From contig CAXHZO010000013.1 in assembly GCA_964022095.1 (NCBI GenBank), positions 1 through 64,000 of the forward strand: a stretch of 64,000 nt of DNA, written 5' to 3'. The notes under the pieces were generated by a model that was given only the letters and a program-made list of their open reading frames with translations, had not been told where the DNA came from and made no database searches. The position numbers were made by a program, and so were the translations under genes. Shown one piece after another: positions 20,725-31,889 of the stretch (position 1 is its first letter; every line of letters begins with the position of its first letter). Origin of the DNA: an uncultured Arcobacteraceae bacterium. GTDB lineage: Bacteria > Campylobacterota > Campylobacteria > Campylobacterales > Arcobacteraceae.

Positions 20725-22215
20725 TTAGTGTCCTCCCATTACTTTTTCAATTTCTTCTGGTTTATCATGAACCCCAAATCTATCTATGATAGTTGAACTT
20801 GCTTCATTTTGTCCAATAACTTCAACATCAGTTCCTTCACGTCTTAGTTTGATAACTGCTTTATCTAGTGAATAAACTGCTGAAACATCCCAAAAATGTG
20901 CTCTTGATAAATCGATCACAACTTTAGAAACTACTTCTTTAAAGTCAAACTCATTGTAGAATTTATCTGCACTATTGAAAAATACTTGACCAACAAATTT
21001 ATAAGTTCTAGTTTCACTTTGTTCATCAAAACTTTTCTCAACATACATAAAGTGAGATATTTTGTTTGCAAAGAACAGCGCTGCTAGTAATACACCTGTA
21101 ACAACACCAAGTGCTAAGTTGTGAGTATAAACAGTAACAGCAACTGTTGCTAACATTACAATATTTGTTGAAACTGGAAGTGTTTTTAAGTTCTTAATAC
21201 TTCCCCAATCAAATGTACCAATTGATACCATAATCATTACTGCAACAAGTGCTGCCATAGGAATGATTGAAATAATATCTGAAAAGAATACAACCATAAT
21301 TAGAAGTAAGAAACCAGCGATAAATGTAGAAAATCTTCCTCTACCACCAGATTTTATATTGATAATAGACTGACCAATCATAGCACATCCTGCCATACCA
21401 CCTAAGAAACCAGTTGCAACATTTGAGATACCTTGACCTCTTGCTTCTGTTTGTTTATTACTTTTTGTATCTGTTAAATCATCAATAATAGTTGCAGTCA
21501 TAAAAGACTCAAGTAAACCAACAATTGCAAGTGCAAAAGAGTATGGGAAAATGATTTGTAAAGTTTCTAAATTAAATGGAATATCTGGTAATAAAAATAT
21601 TGGTAAAGTATCAGGAAGCTCTCCCATATCTCCAACATTTCTCACATCCCATCCTACAAAATAAACAAAAATTGTAAGTAAAACAATAGTTACTAAAGGT
21701 GATGGTAAAAGTTTACCAATCTTTGGAACATATGGAAACAGGTAAATAATCCCAAGACCAACAGCAGTAAGTGCATATACATGCCAAGTTACATTTGTAA
21801 GTTCAGGTAATTGTGCCATAAAGATAAGTATTGCTAAGGCATTTACAAATCCAACTACAACAGCCCTTGCTACAAAACTCATAAGCCTATGAATTCCAAT
21901 ATATGATAAAACTATTTGAATAACACCTGTTAAAATAGTCGCTGCAAGTAAGTATTGAAGTCCATAATCTTTTATAAGTGTTACCATAACTAGTGCCATC
22001 GCGCCAGTTGCAGCACTAATCATACCAGGCCTACCACCTGTAAAAGCAATAATAACTGCCATTGAAAAAGATGCATAAAGACCAACTTTAGGGTCAACTC
22101 CTGCAATAATAGAAAATGCAATAGCCTCTGGAATAAGTGCTAATGCAACAACTAAACCAGATAAAAAATCTGCTCTAATATTTGAAAACCATTCTCTTTT
22201 CATGGTTTGATACAT
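20725..22215 (-). CDS. SulP family anion permease with STAS domain
   Basis: [45 protein letters not shown]. Confidence 0.92.
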   Translation of the reverse strand: MYQTMKREWFSNIRADFLSGLVVALALIPEAIAFSIIAGVDPKVGLYASFSMAVIIAFTGGRPGMISAATGAMALVMVTLIKDYGLQYLLAATILTGVIQIVLSYIGIHRLMSFVARAVVVGFVNALAILIFMAQLPELTNVTWHVYALTAVGLGIIYLFPYVPKIGKLLPSPLVTIVLLTIFVYFVGWDVRNVGDMGELPDTLPIFLLPDIPFNLETLQIIFPYSFALAIVGLLESFMTATIIDDLTDTKSNKQTEARGQGISNVATGFLGGMAGCAMIGQSIINIKSGGRGRFSTFIAGFLLLIMVVFFSDIISIIPMAALVAVMIMVSIGTFDWGSIKNLKTLPVSTNIVMLATVAVTVYTHNLALGVVTGVLLAALFFANKISHFMYVEKSFDEQSETRTYKFVGQVFFNSADKFYNEFDFKEVVSKVVIDLSRAHFWDVSAVYSLDKAVIKLRREGTDVEVIGQNEASSTIIDRFGVHDKPEEIEKVMGGH

Positions 22216-22301
22216 ATATTTCCTTGTGTGATTAATTTAAACGTAAGTATTTTCGCGATTGTATCCAAGTTGTAGTTAACATAGTATAAACTAAAAAAAT
22301 A

Positions 22302-22380
22302 AAAGTAAAGAGTTAAACTCTTGACTTTATATATTAAATTTACTATACTTTCAAAAGTAAAGAGTATAACTCTTAACTTT
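22302..22380 (+). promoter_or_regulatory. Two 27-bp palindromic operators flanking a sigma70 promoter
   Basis: AAAGTAAAGAGT-N3-ACTCTTRACTTT at 22302-22328 and 22354-22380; TTGACT (22321) 17 bp TATACT (22344). Confidence 0.8.
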
Positions 22381-22392
22381 TAAGGAAATAAA

Positions 22393-23031
22393 ATGAAAAT
22401 TATTGAAGATAAGAAATACTATAAAATGTCCGAAATAGTGGACTTAACTGAACTTAGTAATCACACCATATCTTTTTATTTTAAAAAAGGTTTACTACCA
22501 AATACACTAAGTACCTCAAAAAATATGAAATACTATCCAGAGATAACAGTTACAGTTTTAAATTTAATAAAATATTTCAAAGATAATTTAAATTTTTCAA
22601 TTGATTATATAAAAGAGCTATTTGATTATTATAATATTAATTTTGAGAATAGGTCTGATTTGATTTTACAATCAATTGAGATGTTAAGCAGTGAAATAAA
22701 AAATCCAATATCAAAAAAAGATTTAGATGAAGTAAATTTAAAAGAAGCGATCAAATTAGATTTACTTGATGATAAAGATGTTTATTTTAAAACGGAAATA
22801 GAGGTTTTAAAAACATTTAAGCAGTTAAGAAAATATGATATTTCAACACAACTTATAAGTGAATATGTAAAGACAAGTAAGACTTTAGCAAAACTAGAGA
22901 GAGAACTTACAACAAAAGTTTTAGAGAAAAATGGTGTTTTACCAGAAGTTTTAGTACTTGATATATTAAATTCATTCAAACCATATATCTTCAATAAGCA
23001 TACAATTGAAGAGTTTAAAAAGGATATCTAA
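22393..23031 (+). CDS. MerR-family HTH regulator
   Basis: YKMSEI...TISFYFKKGLLP...KYY N-terminal MerR HTH and a degenerate second helical domain. Confidence 0.8.
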   Translation: MKIIEDKKYYKMSEIVDLTELSNHTISFYFKKGLLPNTLSTSKNMKYYPEITVTVLNLIKYFKDNLNFSIDYIKELFDYYNINFENRSDLILQSIEMLSSEIKNPISKKDLDEVNLKEAIKLDLLDDKDVYFKTEIEVLKTFKQLRKYDISTQLISEYVKTSKTLAKLERELTTKVLEKNGVLPEVLVLDILNSFKPYIFNKHTIEEFKKDI

Positions 23032-26000
23032 TGGGCAAGATAAATAATATAGTGGCAATAAAGTTTGCTTTTTTATTCGTAGTTTTTTGTAATGTTGTAG
23101 TTGATGTTGCACACAAAGTTTTTTTACAAAATATTGCTTTTAAGATATTTGATGGAAGTACACAAGTTATTTGGATATCTATAATAAATGCAATGATAAT
23201 TATTCCTTTTTTACTTTTATTTACTCTTAGTGGATATTTATCTGATAAATATAATAAAAAGAATATTTTGATTTATGGTGCCGTTTCCTCATTTACACTT
23301 TCAGTTTTAATGATATTTGCATATATGTCTTCAAACTTTTATATTGCTATGATTACTTTAGTTGCACTTGCTATTCAAAGTGCAATATATAGTCCAGCAA
23401 AATTTGGTTTGATTATAGATATTTATGGAAAGAAAAATTTATCAAGTGGTAACTCAGCACTTCAAGCAACTTCAATTATTGCTATTTTATTCTCAATTGC
23501 TAGTGCATCATTTTTCTTTGAAGCTTTTTATAATGCAAACAATCTAATTGAATTACAAACTAAAGAAGAGCTATTAACTGCAATTTTGCCACTTACATAT
23601 TATATTTTACCAGTTGCATTTTTAGAAATGGTAGTTTCAGTTTTAGTTTTAAAAAGAGTAAATACTCACTATAAAAAAGATGAAGATTTATCAATATGTA
23701 AAAAAGAGCTATTTCAAGGAAAACTTTTAAAGAAAAATATAAATACAATTTTTTCACATAATGTAATTTTCTTATCTGTTATTGGATTATCTGTATTTTG
23801 GGGTATATCACAAGCTATGATGGCAGTATTTCCTTCTTTTGCTAAACAATATTTAGGGGTAACTGATGTATTTGTGATAAATGGAGTAATTGGTGCGTCT
23901 GGTATTGGTATCGCTATTGGTTCAATACTTTATTCTAGAATCTCAAGACATTATATTGAAGTTGGTACTATTCCTTTGGCTGCATTTGGTATGGCTGCAT
24001 CTATATTCGCAGCAACTGTTGTTGGAAGTCCATTTTTAATTGGACTGTCTTTTTTAGTATTTGGTATATTTGGTGGTATGTTTGTTGTTCCATTAAATGC
24101 TTTAATACAATTCAATGCAAAGAAAAAGAGTTTAGGTACGATTTTAGCTGGTAATAACTGGTTTCATTCCCTTGCAATGTTTATTATGCTTTGCATGACT
24201 ACAGTTGTTTCTTTTTATGATTTAGATCCATTAAATACAATTTACTTAATACTTCTAATTACTATTATTGGTACTTTATATACTGTAATAAAACTTCCTC
24301 AATCTTTGATTTTGCTATTTTTAAAAACAGTAGTTGGATTAAAATATAAACTTGAAGTAAATGGAATAAAAAATATTCCATCAAATGGTGGAGTTTTACT
24401 TTTAGGTAATCATGTATCTTGGATAGATTGGGCAGTGATTTTAATGTCAGTTCCAAGAGAAGTAAAGTTTGTAATGCATAAGCCAATTTACGAAAAATGG
24501 TACTTAAACTGGTTATTAAAAATGTTTAAGTCAATTCCTATTTCAAATATGGCTAGTAAAAGTACTATGAAGACTATTGCAAATGAGTTAGATAATGGAA
24601 GTATAGTTGTACTTTTCCCTGAGGGAAATATTACTAGAAATGGTCATTTAGGAGAGTTTAAAAGAGGCTTTGAAAAGATTTTAGATTTTACTACAAGTGA
24701 TGATATTGTTGTAGTTCCATTTTATATTAGAGGTTTATGGGAATCATTATTTTCAAGAGCAAATAAAAAGTATAAACAGTCAAAAAAAGTAAAAAGTGTA
24801 ACAGTATCTTTTGCAAAAAGAATTAAAAAACAAAATGCGAACACTGTTAGTGTAAAAAATGAAGTTGTAGAGTTATCAACTAAATCATGGAAGAGTCATA
24901 TTGATGATGTTAATTCATTAAATGAAGTAATATTTGATAGGTTAAATCAAGTTGGTGATGATCTAATATTTGCAGATTCTACAGGATTAGAACTAAGTGG
25001 ATATAGATTTTTAACGGTATCTATTTTATTTAAACAGTTACTTCAAGAGAAGTTGAAATCACAACAAAATGTAGGTTTACTTCTTCCCTCAACTGCAGCT
25101 GGAGCATTTATAAATAATGCAGTTTTAATGATGGGAAAAACAGCAGTAAATTTAAATTATACAAGTGAAATTGAGTCTATAAAAGAAGCAATTAAAAGTG
25201 CAGATATTAAAACAATAGTTGCTTCTAAAAAGTTTGTTGAAAAACTAGAGCAAAAAGGTATAAATATAAGTGAAGTTTTTGATTTAGTAGAGGTTGTTTA
25301 TGTTGAAGATTTAAAAGAGAATATATCTAGAGCGAAAGGAATTTTAACTTATTTTAGTATTAAGTTTTTACCAAATATTTTATTAAAGGCTATGCATTTA
25401 TGTAAAACAAAAAAAGACGATACAGCTGTGATTTTATTTTCTTCAGGAAGTGAAGGAACACCAAAAGGTGTTATGTTAAGCGGAGATAATATTTTAGGAA
25501 ACTCTCAACAAATAGCAGCAGTTATAAATGCAAGTGATGATGATACTATTGTGGGATCTCTTCCGTTATTTCATGCCTTTGGTATAGTTGTAACTACATA
25601 CTTACCATTAATTGAAGGTATAAAATGTGTTGCACATCCAGACCCAACTGATGGATTTGGATTAGGAAAATTAGTTGCAAAATATAAAGCCACAATAATG
25701 ACGGGGACTTCAACATTCTTTAGACTTTATACAAAGAATCCAAAAGTAAAAAAAGAGATGTTTGATTCTTTAAGGCTTGTTGTTGCTGGTGCAGAAAAAC
25801 TAAGAGAAGATGTAAGAGTAGATTTTGAAAGTAAATTTAATAAAGAGATACTAGAAGGATATGGTACAACTGAAACTTCTCCTGTTGCTGCTTGTAACTT
25901 ACCTGATGTGGTTGCTCCTGATGGAACTATACAAATAGGGCATGAAAAGGGAAGCGTTGGTATGGCAATACCTGGAACTACAATAAAAATTGTAAATCCT

Positions 26001-26519
26001 GATACATATGAAGAGTTAGATGTAAATGAAGAGGGAATGATAGTAATAAGTGGTGTTCAAGTTATGAAAGGATACTTAAATGATAATCAAAAAACTTCTC
26101 AAGTGATTAAAAAAATTGGAAATAAGAAATATTATATCACAGGAGATAAGGGTAGAGTTGATGAGCATGGATTCTTAACTATTGTAGATAGATATTCAAG
26201 ATTTGCAAAACTTGGTGGTGAGATGGTTAGTTTAGGTGCCATTGAAGAGAAAATTTCGAAGCTATTAAAGTTAGATGAGGATTCTTTAACTGATTATATT
26301 ATTACAACTCTTGAAGATGAAAAAAAAGGTGAAAAAATTGTTCTTTTAATATCTCATGTTAGTGAAGAAATTACAAAACAGTTAAAAGAAGATATGATTG
26401 AATCATTTGATAATAAGCTAATGATTCCTTCAAATATAAAAATAGTTGATGAGGTGCCAAGACTTGGGAGTGGTAAAAAAGATTTCAAAGGAGCTAAAAA
26501 CTTAGCTAAGAGGTTATGA
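23031..26519 (+). CDS. aas: LplT-Aas fusion: MFS lysophospholipid transporter + acyltransferase + acyl-ACP synthetase
   Basis: N-terminal MFS, NHVSWID/FPEG PlsC motifs, SSGSEGTPKG and YGTTE adenylation motifs. Confidence 0.9.
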   Translation: MGKINNIVAIKFAFLFVVFCNVVVDVAHKVFLQNIAFKIFDGSTQVIWISIINAMIIIPFLLLFTLSGYLSDKYNKKNILIYGAVSSFTLSVLMIFAYMSSNFYIAMITLVALAIQSAIYSPAKFGLIIDIYGKKNLSSGNSALQATSIIAILFSIASASFFFEAFYNANNLIELQTKEELLTAILPLTYYILPVAFLEMVVSVLVLKRVNTHYKKDEDLSICKKELFQGKLLKKNINTIFSHNVIFLSVIGLSVFWGISQAMMAVFPSFAKQYLGVTDVFVINGVIGASGIGIAIGSILYSRISRHYIEVGTIPLAAFGMAASIFAATVVGSPFLIGLSFLVFGIFGGMFVVPLNALIQFNAKKKSLGTILAGNNWFHSLAMFIMLCMTTVVSFYDLDPLNTIYLILLITIIGTLYTVIKLPQSLILLFLKTVVGLKYKLEVNGIKNIPSNGGVLLLGNHVSWIDWAVILMSVPREVKFVMHKPIYEKWYLNWLLKMFKSIPISNMASKSTMKTIANELDNGSIVVLFPEGNITRNGHLGEFKRGFEKILDFTTSDDIVVVPFYIRGLWESLFSRANKKYKQSKKVKSVTVSFAKRIKKQNANTVSVKNEVVELSTKSWKSHIDDVNSLNEVIFDRLNQVGDDLIFADSTGLELSGYRFLTVSILFKQLLQEKLKSQQNVGLLLPSTAAGAFINNAVLMMGKTAVNLNYTSEIESIKEAIKSADIKTIVASKKFVEKLEQKGINISEVFDLVEVVYVEDLKENISRAKGILTYFSIKFLPNILLKAMHLCKTKKDDTAVILFSSGSEGTPKGVMLSGDNILGNSQQIAAVINASDDDTIVGSLPLFHAFGIVVTTYLPLIEGIKCVAHPDPTDGFGLGKLVAKYKATIMTGTSTFFRLYTKNPKVKKEMFDSLRLVVAGAEKLREDVRVDFESKFNKEILEGYGTTETSPVAACNLPDVVAPDGTIQIGHEKGSVGMAIPGTTIKIVNPDTYEELDVNEEGMIVISGVQVMKGYLNDNQKTSQVIKKIGNKKYYITGDKGRVDEHGFLTIVDRYSRFAKLGGEMVSLGAIEEKISKLLKLDEDSLTDYIITTLEDEKKGEKIVLLISHVSEEITKQLKEDMIESFDNKLMIPSNIKIVDEVPRLGSGKKDFKGAKNLAKRL

Positions 26520-26527
26520 TAAAGAGA

Positions 26528-29083
26528 TTATTTATTCTCTTTATCACTTTTGTCATTTGCACAGATTAAATTAACAATATCATCTTGATTTGTGCAAAAA
26601 TTTCCATTTTTTTCAATTAGGAATAAATCTCTTGCATAACCTTTTAGAGTATGAAGTTTTGCACTTTCAATATCTACATTAAAGTCATCAAATACTCTTG
26701 CAATATAAGCAAATAGACCTTTTTGGTCTTTTGTTCTAATATGCATAGATGCTAAATATGTAGTATGGTTAGGATCTACTATCACATCACTCTTTTTTAT
26801 TATTGGAGCTTTTAATGGAACAGATTTACTCATATCAAAAGAGTCTTCAATGATTTTCTTAATATAGAAAATTTCATCATCATTTACTCTTTCTGCAAAT
26901 GTTATATAAAATGCTTTTTTATCATCAAATAACTTATAAATATCCATTGTCGCTAAATTCAGTGATTCTAGTTTTCCAAGTAAATATCCTAAATTTAGTG
27001 GAGTTTTTCTTATAATTCTAAGTGTTAGTTGTGTTTCATTTGTAATCTTATATTTGTATGTATCTGTTGTATGAGTCTTTTGGGCAAGATAGATTATATC
27101 TTCTGCTTTTAGTCTTAAAAAAATTTGATTTGAAGAGATATAATTGATTTTCTTTTTTATAATATTTGATAACTCTTTATATTTTTTTATTTTCTTAATA
27201 GTATTTATTTTTGCAACTCTTCTAGCCCCTTCATTTAATAAGTCTTCATTTTCAAATGCAGGTAATGTTTGGTTGAAAAGTTGTCTTAATAATGATGCAG
27301 TTGAACTATTAAATATATTTTTACCCACAGCAGAGATATCACAATAAGTTACTACATAAAGCATTTGCATAGCTACTTTTGTTTTTACAAGTCCTGTAAA
27401 TGTTAAAATTGTTTTCTCTGAATAAATATCTTCATGAGTTGCAATATAAGACATCATATTATGATATCTAACTAGTCTTGCTCCAATTTTTATTAATTCT
27501 TCATCAAATCCAAAGTTTTTTAGCATCTCTTTAAATAGTTTTTCACCTTCTACATGATGATCGCCTTTTCTTCCTTTTCCAATATCGTGGAAAAGTGCAA
27601 CAAGTCTAACAACTATTTGATATTCTGGTTTTAAATTATCATATACTTCTTTGATATGTTCATTTTCTATATATTTTGAAAATTTTAAAGTATTTATTGA
27701 ATGAACATCAACTGGGTGTTTATGATATCCATCAAACTGTGGTTGATGGATTATTTGCTTTGTTTGAGGAATAAGATAAGAAAATAATCCTGAATTATAT
27801 AAAAGCTTAATAACTGGATGTAAATCTGGTTTTGATAAAAGAGCTTTCATATTTTTCTTAATCTCTTTTGTAAAAGTTTTAGGTAAAATTACCCTGCTTG
27901 CAAAGTAGATGTAAGACCTATCAAATCTTTCAACAACATCTGGTAACTCTATTAACTCTTTTAACAAATTATTCAAAGTTATAGATTTTGTATTAAAAGA
28001 TGTGAATATTGTATTTCCAATAATATATTGATCTTTTTTATATCTTAGTTTTCTTAATTGAGGAATATTTTTTGATTCAAATATTGCAGCTCTAGTAAAT
28101 TTTTTAACCATTGTTGCACTAAAAGAGTGAATATTATGTAAACATGACATAAGCTTTGACATACACTGTCTCTCTTTTGTATATCTAGGAGTATTTGTAA
28201 ATCCAAGTTTAGTACTTAAATCAGGTAAGATATCAAATGTAACTTGATCTTGTTTTTTTCTTGCAACATTATGTAAAGCATTTCTTACTTGAAAGATATA
28301 TTCTAATGATTGTCTATATTTTCTAAACTCTTCTTCTGAATAGTGAATACCAATTAGTTGTTTTGTGTGATCAACACCAAATAAAACATTTGCTATCCAA
28401 TACACCATATTTGACTCTCTCATCCCTCCATATCCATCTTTAATGTTTGGCTCCATTGTTAATGGATACTTTAAAAGTCTTTGTTTATGTTCTTCAAGTT
28501 TTTCTAAAATAAACTCTTTTTGGTTTGTATTTCTAATAGTTTTTAAAGCATTTTCATATCTATACCACAGCATTTTAGAACCATAAATAAGTCTTGATTC
28601 AATAATAGAACTTTTTATAGTAATATCTTCTTTTACAGCATCTTTTATCTCTCTTACCTCATGCACTCTAGACCCAAGTTTTAATCCACAGTCCCATGCT
28701 AAAGTAATAAGCTCTTCCATCATACTTTTTAAGTTATATCCTTTGATATCCTCATATAAAATCATGATATCAATATCAGAGTAGATACAAAGTTGTTCCC
28801 TACCATAAGAACCAAGCGCAATTAAATCAATTGGAATAGAGCTACTCATTGGTTGATATGAACCAAAATGTTTTCTAAGAATATATTTATAAAGAGCTAT
28901 TAAAAATTTATCTGTATGTTTTGTGTGTTTTATAAAAAAATCTTTTCCACCAGTTGTTTCTAAAGTAGTATCAATTAATTCAACATAATTTTTATAATAT
29001 GTTTTAAAAACCTTTGCAATTTCAAAATCTTTTGCACCACTGTCAATTAATTCTTCAACTTGTATATTTAATTCTGTAATCAT
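26528..29083 (-). CDS. glnD: PII uridylyltransferase/uridylyl-removing enzyme
   Basis: ALGSYGR...SDIDI NTase, EPNIKDGYGGMRE, HD domain (LFHDIGKG), C-terminal ACT domain. Confidence 0.9.
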   Translation of the reverse strand: MITELNIQVEELIDSGAKDFEIAKVFKTYYKNYVELIDTTLETTGGKDFFIKHTKHTDKFLIALYKYILRKHFGSYQPMSSSIPIDLIALGSYGREQLCIYSDIDIMILYEDIKGYNLKSMMEELITLAWDCGLKLGSRVHEVREIKDAVKEDITIKSSIIESRLIYGSKMLWYRYENALKTIRNTNQKEFILEKLEEHKQRLLKYPLTMEPNIKDGYGGMRESNMVYWIANVLFGVDHTKQLIGIHYSEEEFRKYRQSLEYIFQVRNALHNVARKKQDQVTFDILPDLSTKLGFTNTPRYTKERQCMSKLMSCLHNIHSFSATMVKKFTRAAIFESKNIPQLRKLRYKKDQYIIGNTIFTSFNTKSITLNNLLKELIELPDVVERFDRSYIYFASRVILPKTFTKEIKKNMKALLSKPDLHPVIKLLYNSGLFSYLIPQTKQIIHQPQFDGYHKHPVDVHSINTLKFSKYIENEHIKEVYDNLKPEYQIVVRLVALFHDIGKGRKGDHHVEGEKLFKEMLKNFGFDEELIKIGARLVRYHNMMSYIATHEDIYSEKTILTFTGLVKTKVAMQMLYVVTYCDISAVGKNIFNSSTASLLRQLFNQTLPAFENEDLLNEGARRVAKINTIKKIKKYKELSNIIKKKINYISSNQIFLRLKAEDIIYLAQKTHTTDTYKYKITNETQLTLRIIRKTPLNLGYLLGKLESLNLATMDIYKLFDDKKAFYITFAERVNDDEIFYIKKIIEDSFDMSKSVPLKAPIIKKSDVIVDPNHTTYLASMHIRTKDQKGLFAYIARVFDDFNVDIESAKLHTLKGYARDLFLIEKNGNFCTNQDDIVNLICANDKSDKENK

Positions 29084-29160
29084 AATAATTTATCATCTTT
29101 TTTGTTTGAATTTATTTTTTATTGTAGCATATATTAAATTGTTGAAATTTAATATATATT

Positions 29161-29913
29161 TTAAAGAGAATCTTTATGTAAATCTAGTTTTTTTCTAAGA
29201 GTAATTCTATTTAATCCTAAATGCTTTGCAATTTGTACTTGCGATTTATATTTGTCCATACATGCTTTTAATAAAGGTACTTCAAAGATATATAATAGAT
29301 CTTTATATGAATTTTCGCCTTCTAAGTTTTCACCAAAATATTTTTCTAAGAACATAAGAATTTCATGCTCTCCAATTGTTTCAAAAAGGTATGAAAAGTA
29401 TATAGACTTTCTAAGACTGTGGGCATTATTTGAGATATTTACAATTAGTTTATTTGAATTTATATATGGCATATCCAAGATAGTACTAGCCTCTTTTGAA
29501 AATTTTTCAACTAGTGCTTTTGTATCTTCACCTCTTTTTGAAAAGTTTGGAATTTCAAGATTAATCGAGAATATATCTTTTAATTTTTGATTTAAATTTT
29601 CTGTATTTGAAATGGCGATTATTCTTATATTATAATCATTTAACCATTTTAAAAATAGATCAATATTAGTAATTTCATGAACTTTATCTATTATTATAGC
29701 TTCATCTTTTAGTGTTAAAACATCATCTTCGATGTCTTTTTGCAGGTTTTTCGCTTCATAAATATCTGATTTTGGAAGTATAAATTTTGCAAGAGATTTT
29801 TTTCCTACACCCATTTCCCCTAATATTAAAGCATTTACATTTACTGCTTGTAGTAGTTTTGCTGAATTAAGTATTTCTCTTGAAATTTCATCTTGGGCTA
29901 TATATTCCTGCAT
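29161..29913 (-). CDS. Receiver-less NtrC/Fis-like regulator (truncated AAA domain + Fis HTH)
   Basis: Walker A GEMGVGK, no GAFTGA, Walker B IIIDK, C-terminal EVPLL...SQVQIAKHLGLNRITLRKKL. Confidence 0.8.
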   Translation of the reverse strand: MQEYIAQDEISREILNSAKLLQAVNVNALILGEMGVGKKSLAKFILPKSDIYEAKNLQKDIEDDVLTLKDEAIIIDKVHEITNIDLFLKWLNDYNIRIIAISNTENLNQKLKDIFSINLEIPNFSKRGEDTKALVEKFSKEASTILDMPYINSNKLIVNISNNAHSLRKSIYFSYLFETIGEHEILMFLEKYFGENLEGENSYKDLLYIFEVPLLKACMDKYKSQVQIAKHLGLNRITLRKKLDLHKDSL

Positions 29914-30005
29914 ATTTTATCACCTTATTTAAATATATTTATTATACAAAAAGCTTTTATTTAAATTTTATTATACTGTATATTATTAAAATATTTTATT
30001 TATTT

Positions 30006-30022
30006 TGTATACTTTATATACA
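30006..30022. promoter_or_regulatory. 17-bp palindrome (putative nitrogen box) upstream of regulator-glnD
   Basis: TGTATA-CTTTA-TATACA, perfect arms. Confidence 0.65.
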
Positions 30023-30080
30023 AATAGTACAGATATAATCTGTTTTGTTTTTTAGCAATATTTCGTCATAATAAAATAAT

Positions 30081-31883
30081 TTGTTAATAATGGATAATCT
30101 ATTGAAATCTAAATATTTACTATCAATAATTTGTTTTGTTTTTTTAATATTACTAACGATGATTGTACAAAAATATATTACTCAAAAAGAGAATGAAATT
30201 TCAAAAGAAAAATACTCAAATATTTCATTTCTAATTCAAGAAAAAATAGATTTATTAATTAAAAAAGAAAAAAACTCAATACTCTCATTATCTTTATCTA
30301 TTAGTAACGGTAATCAAAAAATTAAAGATGTAATATTAAAAAATGGAAGTTTAGATTTAAAAAATATTGTAAAAAAGTTAGATACTCATACTAATTTAAA
30401 ACACTTATGGTTTCAAATAATTGATAAAAATGGTAACTCTGTTTACAGAACTTGGTCTTCTAAAAGAAATGATAATCTTCTTAATGTAAGAAAAGATTTA
30501 AAAGAATTAATTAAAAAGCCAAAAATAAAATCTTCAATTAGTGTTGGAAGATATGATATTACATTTAAAGCAACTATTCCTTTATATCAAAATGGTGAAT
30601 TTATTGGTTTTTTTGAAACAATATCTCATTTTGATAATGTTGTTAGATTTATAGAATCAAGTGATGATGTGCATTCTTTAATAATAGTAGATAAAGAGCA
30701 CTCAAAGCAGTTGAGAAATAATTCATTTTCCAAAACTTTTGTACAAAATCATTACATACCAAGTTACCTATCAAATAAAGATATATTAAGTTTAGTTAGA
30801 AAAGAAAATATTAGTGATTTTATAAGTATAGACAAATATATTTTAAAGAATGAATATTTAGTAATAAACTATAAAATAAAAGATAAGAATACAAAACTTG
30901 GGAATTTCTTAGTCTTTAAAAAACTTGATTCAATTGATATGACTGATTTAGAAGATTTTAAAAGGCACGCATTTTTCTATATTTTTACTTTTATTTTATT
31001 AATACTATTAATGATATTTACGATTTTTTATTACTTCTATGCAAGAAAACTTAAAAGTGTTCATATAAAACTGAGTAGAAATAAAAGAAAATTACAAGAA
31101 TTAAATGAGAATTTACAAATTACAATAGAGCATGAAGTTAAGAAAAACGAACAAAAAAATAAGCTTCTTTTTCAACAAAATAAGATGGCTGCAATGGGTG
31201 AAATGATTGAAAATATTGCTCATCAATGGAGACAGCCACTTTCACTAATCACAACAGAAGCTTCTGCTTTAAAAGTTAAAAAAGAGTATGGGCTTTTAGA
31301 GAATAATGATATTGAAAATTCATTAGAATCTATTATTGAAACATCAAATTATTTATCTCATACAATTGATGATTTTAGAAACTATTTTTCTCCTAATAAA
31401 GAAAAAAACTTTTTTAATAGTAATAAGTTAATCCAAAAGTGTTTAAATTTGATTTCTAGAGAGTTTAATAATAGAAATATAAAAATTATTCTAGATATAG
31501 AAAATATAGAAATAAATAGTTATGAAAATGAACTTGTTCAAGTGATTATAAATATTTTAAATAATGCAAAAGATGAATTAATAAAAATTGAAGATAGAGA
31601 AAAAAGATTTATATTTATAAATTTATTTATTCAAGAAGATAGTATTTGTATAAAAATAAAAGATAGTGCAGGTGGAATAGATGAGGAAATTATTGATAGA
31701 ATATTTGAACCATATTTTACCACAAAACATAAAAGCAAAGGTACAGGAATAGGCTTGTATATGGTTGATCAAATTTTAGAAAAGCATATTAAAGGTTACG
31801 TTAAAGTAAAAAATGAGAGATACAATTATGAAAATTGTGATTATACAGGAGCTGTTTTTTCTCTAATAATTCCTAAAAATTAG
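30081..31883 (+). CDS. Orphan sensor histidine kinase with Cache-like periplasmic domain
   Basis: Two TM helices, AHQWRQPL, DSAGGI, FEPYFTTK, GTGIGL; start may be ATG 30090. Confidence 0.88.
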   Translation: MLIMDNLLKSKYLLSIICFVFLILLTMIVQKYITQKENEISKEKYSNISFLIQEKIDLLIKKEKNSILSLSLSISNGNQKIKDVILKNGSLDLKNIVKKLDTHTNLKHLWFQIIDKNGNSVYRTWSSKRNDNLLNVRKDLKELIKKPKIKSSISVGRYDITFKATIPLYQNGEFIGFFETISHFDNVVRFIESSDDVHSLIIVDKEHSKQLRNNSFSKTFVQNHYIPSYLSNKDILSLVRKENISDFISIDKYILKNEYLVINYKIKDKNTKLGNFLVFKKLDSIDMTDLEDFKRHAFFYIFTFILLILLMIFTIFYYFYARKLKSVHIKLSRNKRKLQELNENLQITIEHEVKKNEQKNKLLFQQNKMAAMGEMIENIAHQWRQPLSLITTEASALKVKKEYGLLENNDIENSLESIIETSNYLSHTIDDFRNYFSPNKEKNFFNSNKLIQKCLNLISREFNNRNIKIILDIENIEINSYENELVQVIINILNNAKDELIKIEDREKRFIFINLFIQEDSICIKIKDSAGGIDEEIIDRIFEPYFTTKHKSKGTGIGLYMVDQILEKHIKGYVKVKNERYNYENCDYTGAVFSLIIPKN

Positions 31884-31889
31884 GAACTA

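Noticed and set aside
19881-22215. sulP-usp pair as a novel system
   Set aside because: Widespread, well-known gene pairing with nothing unusual here
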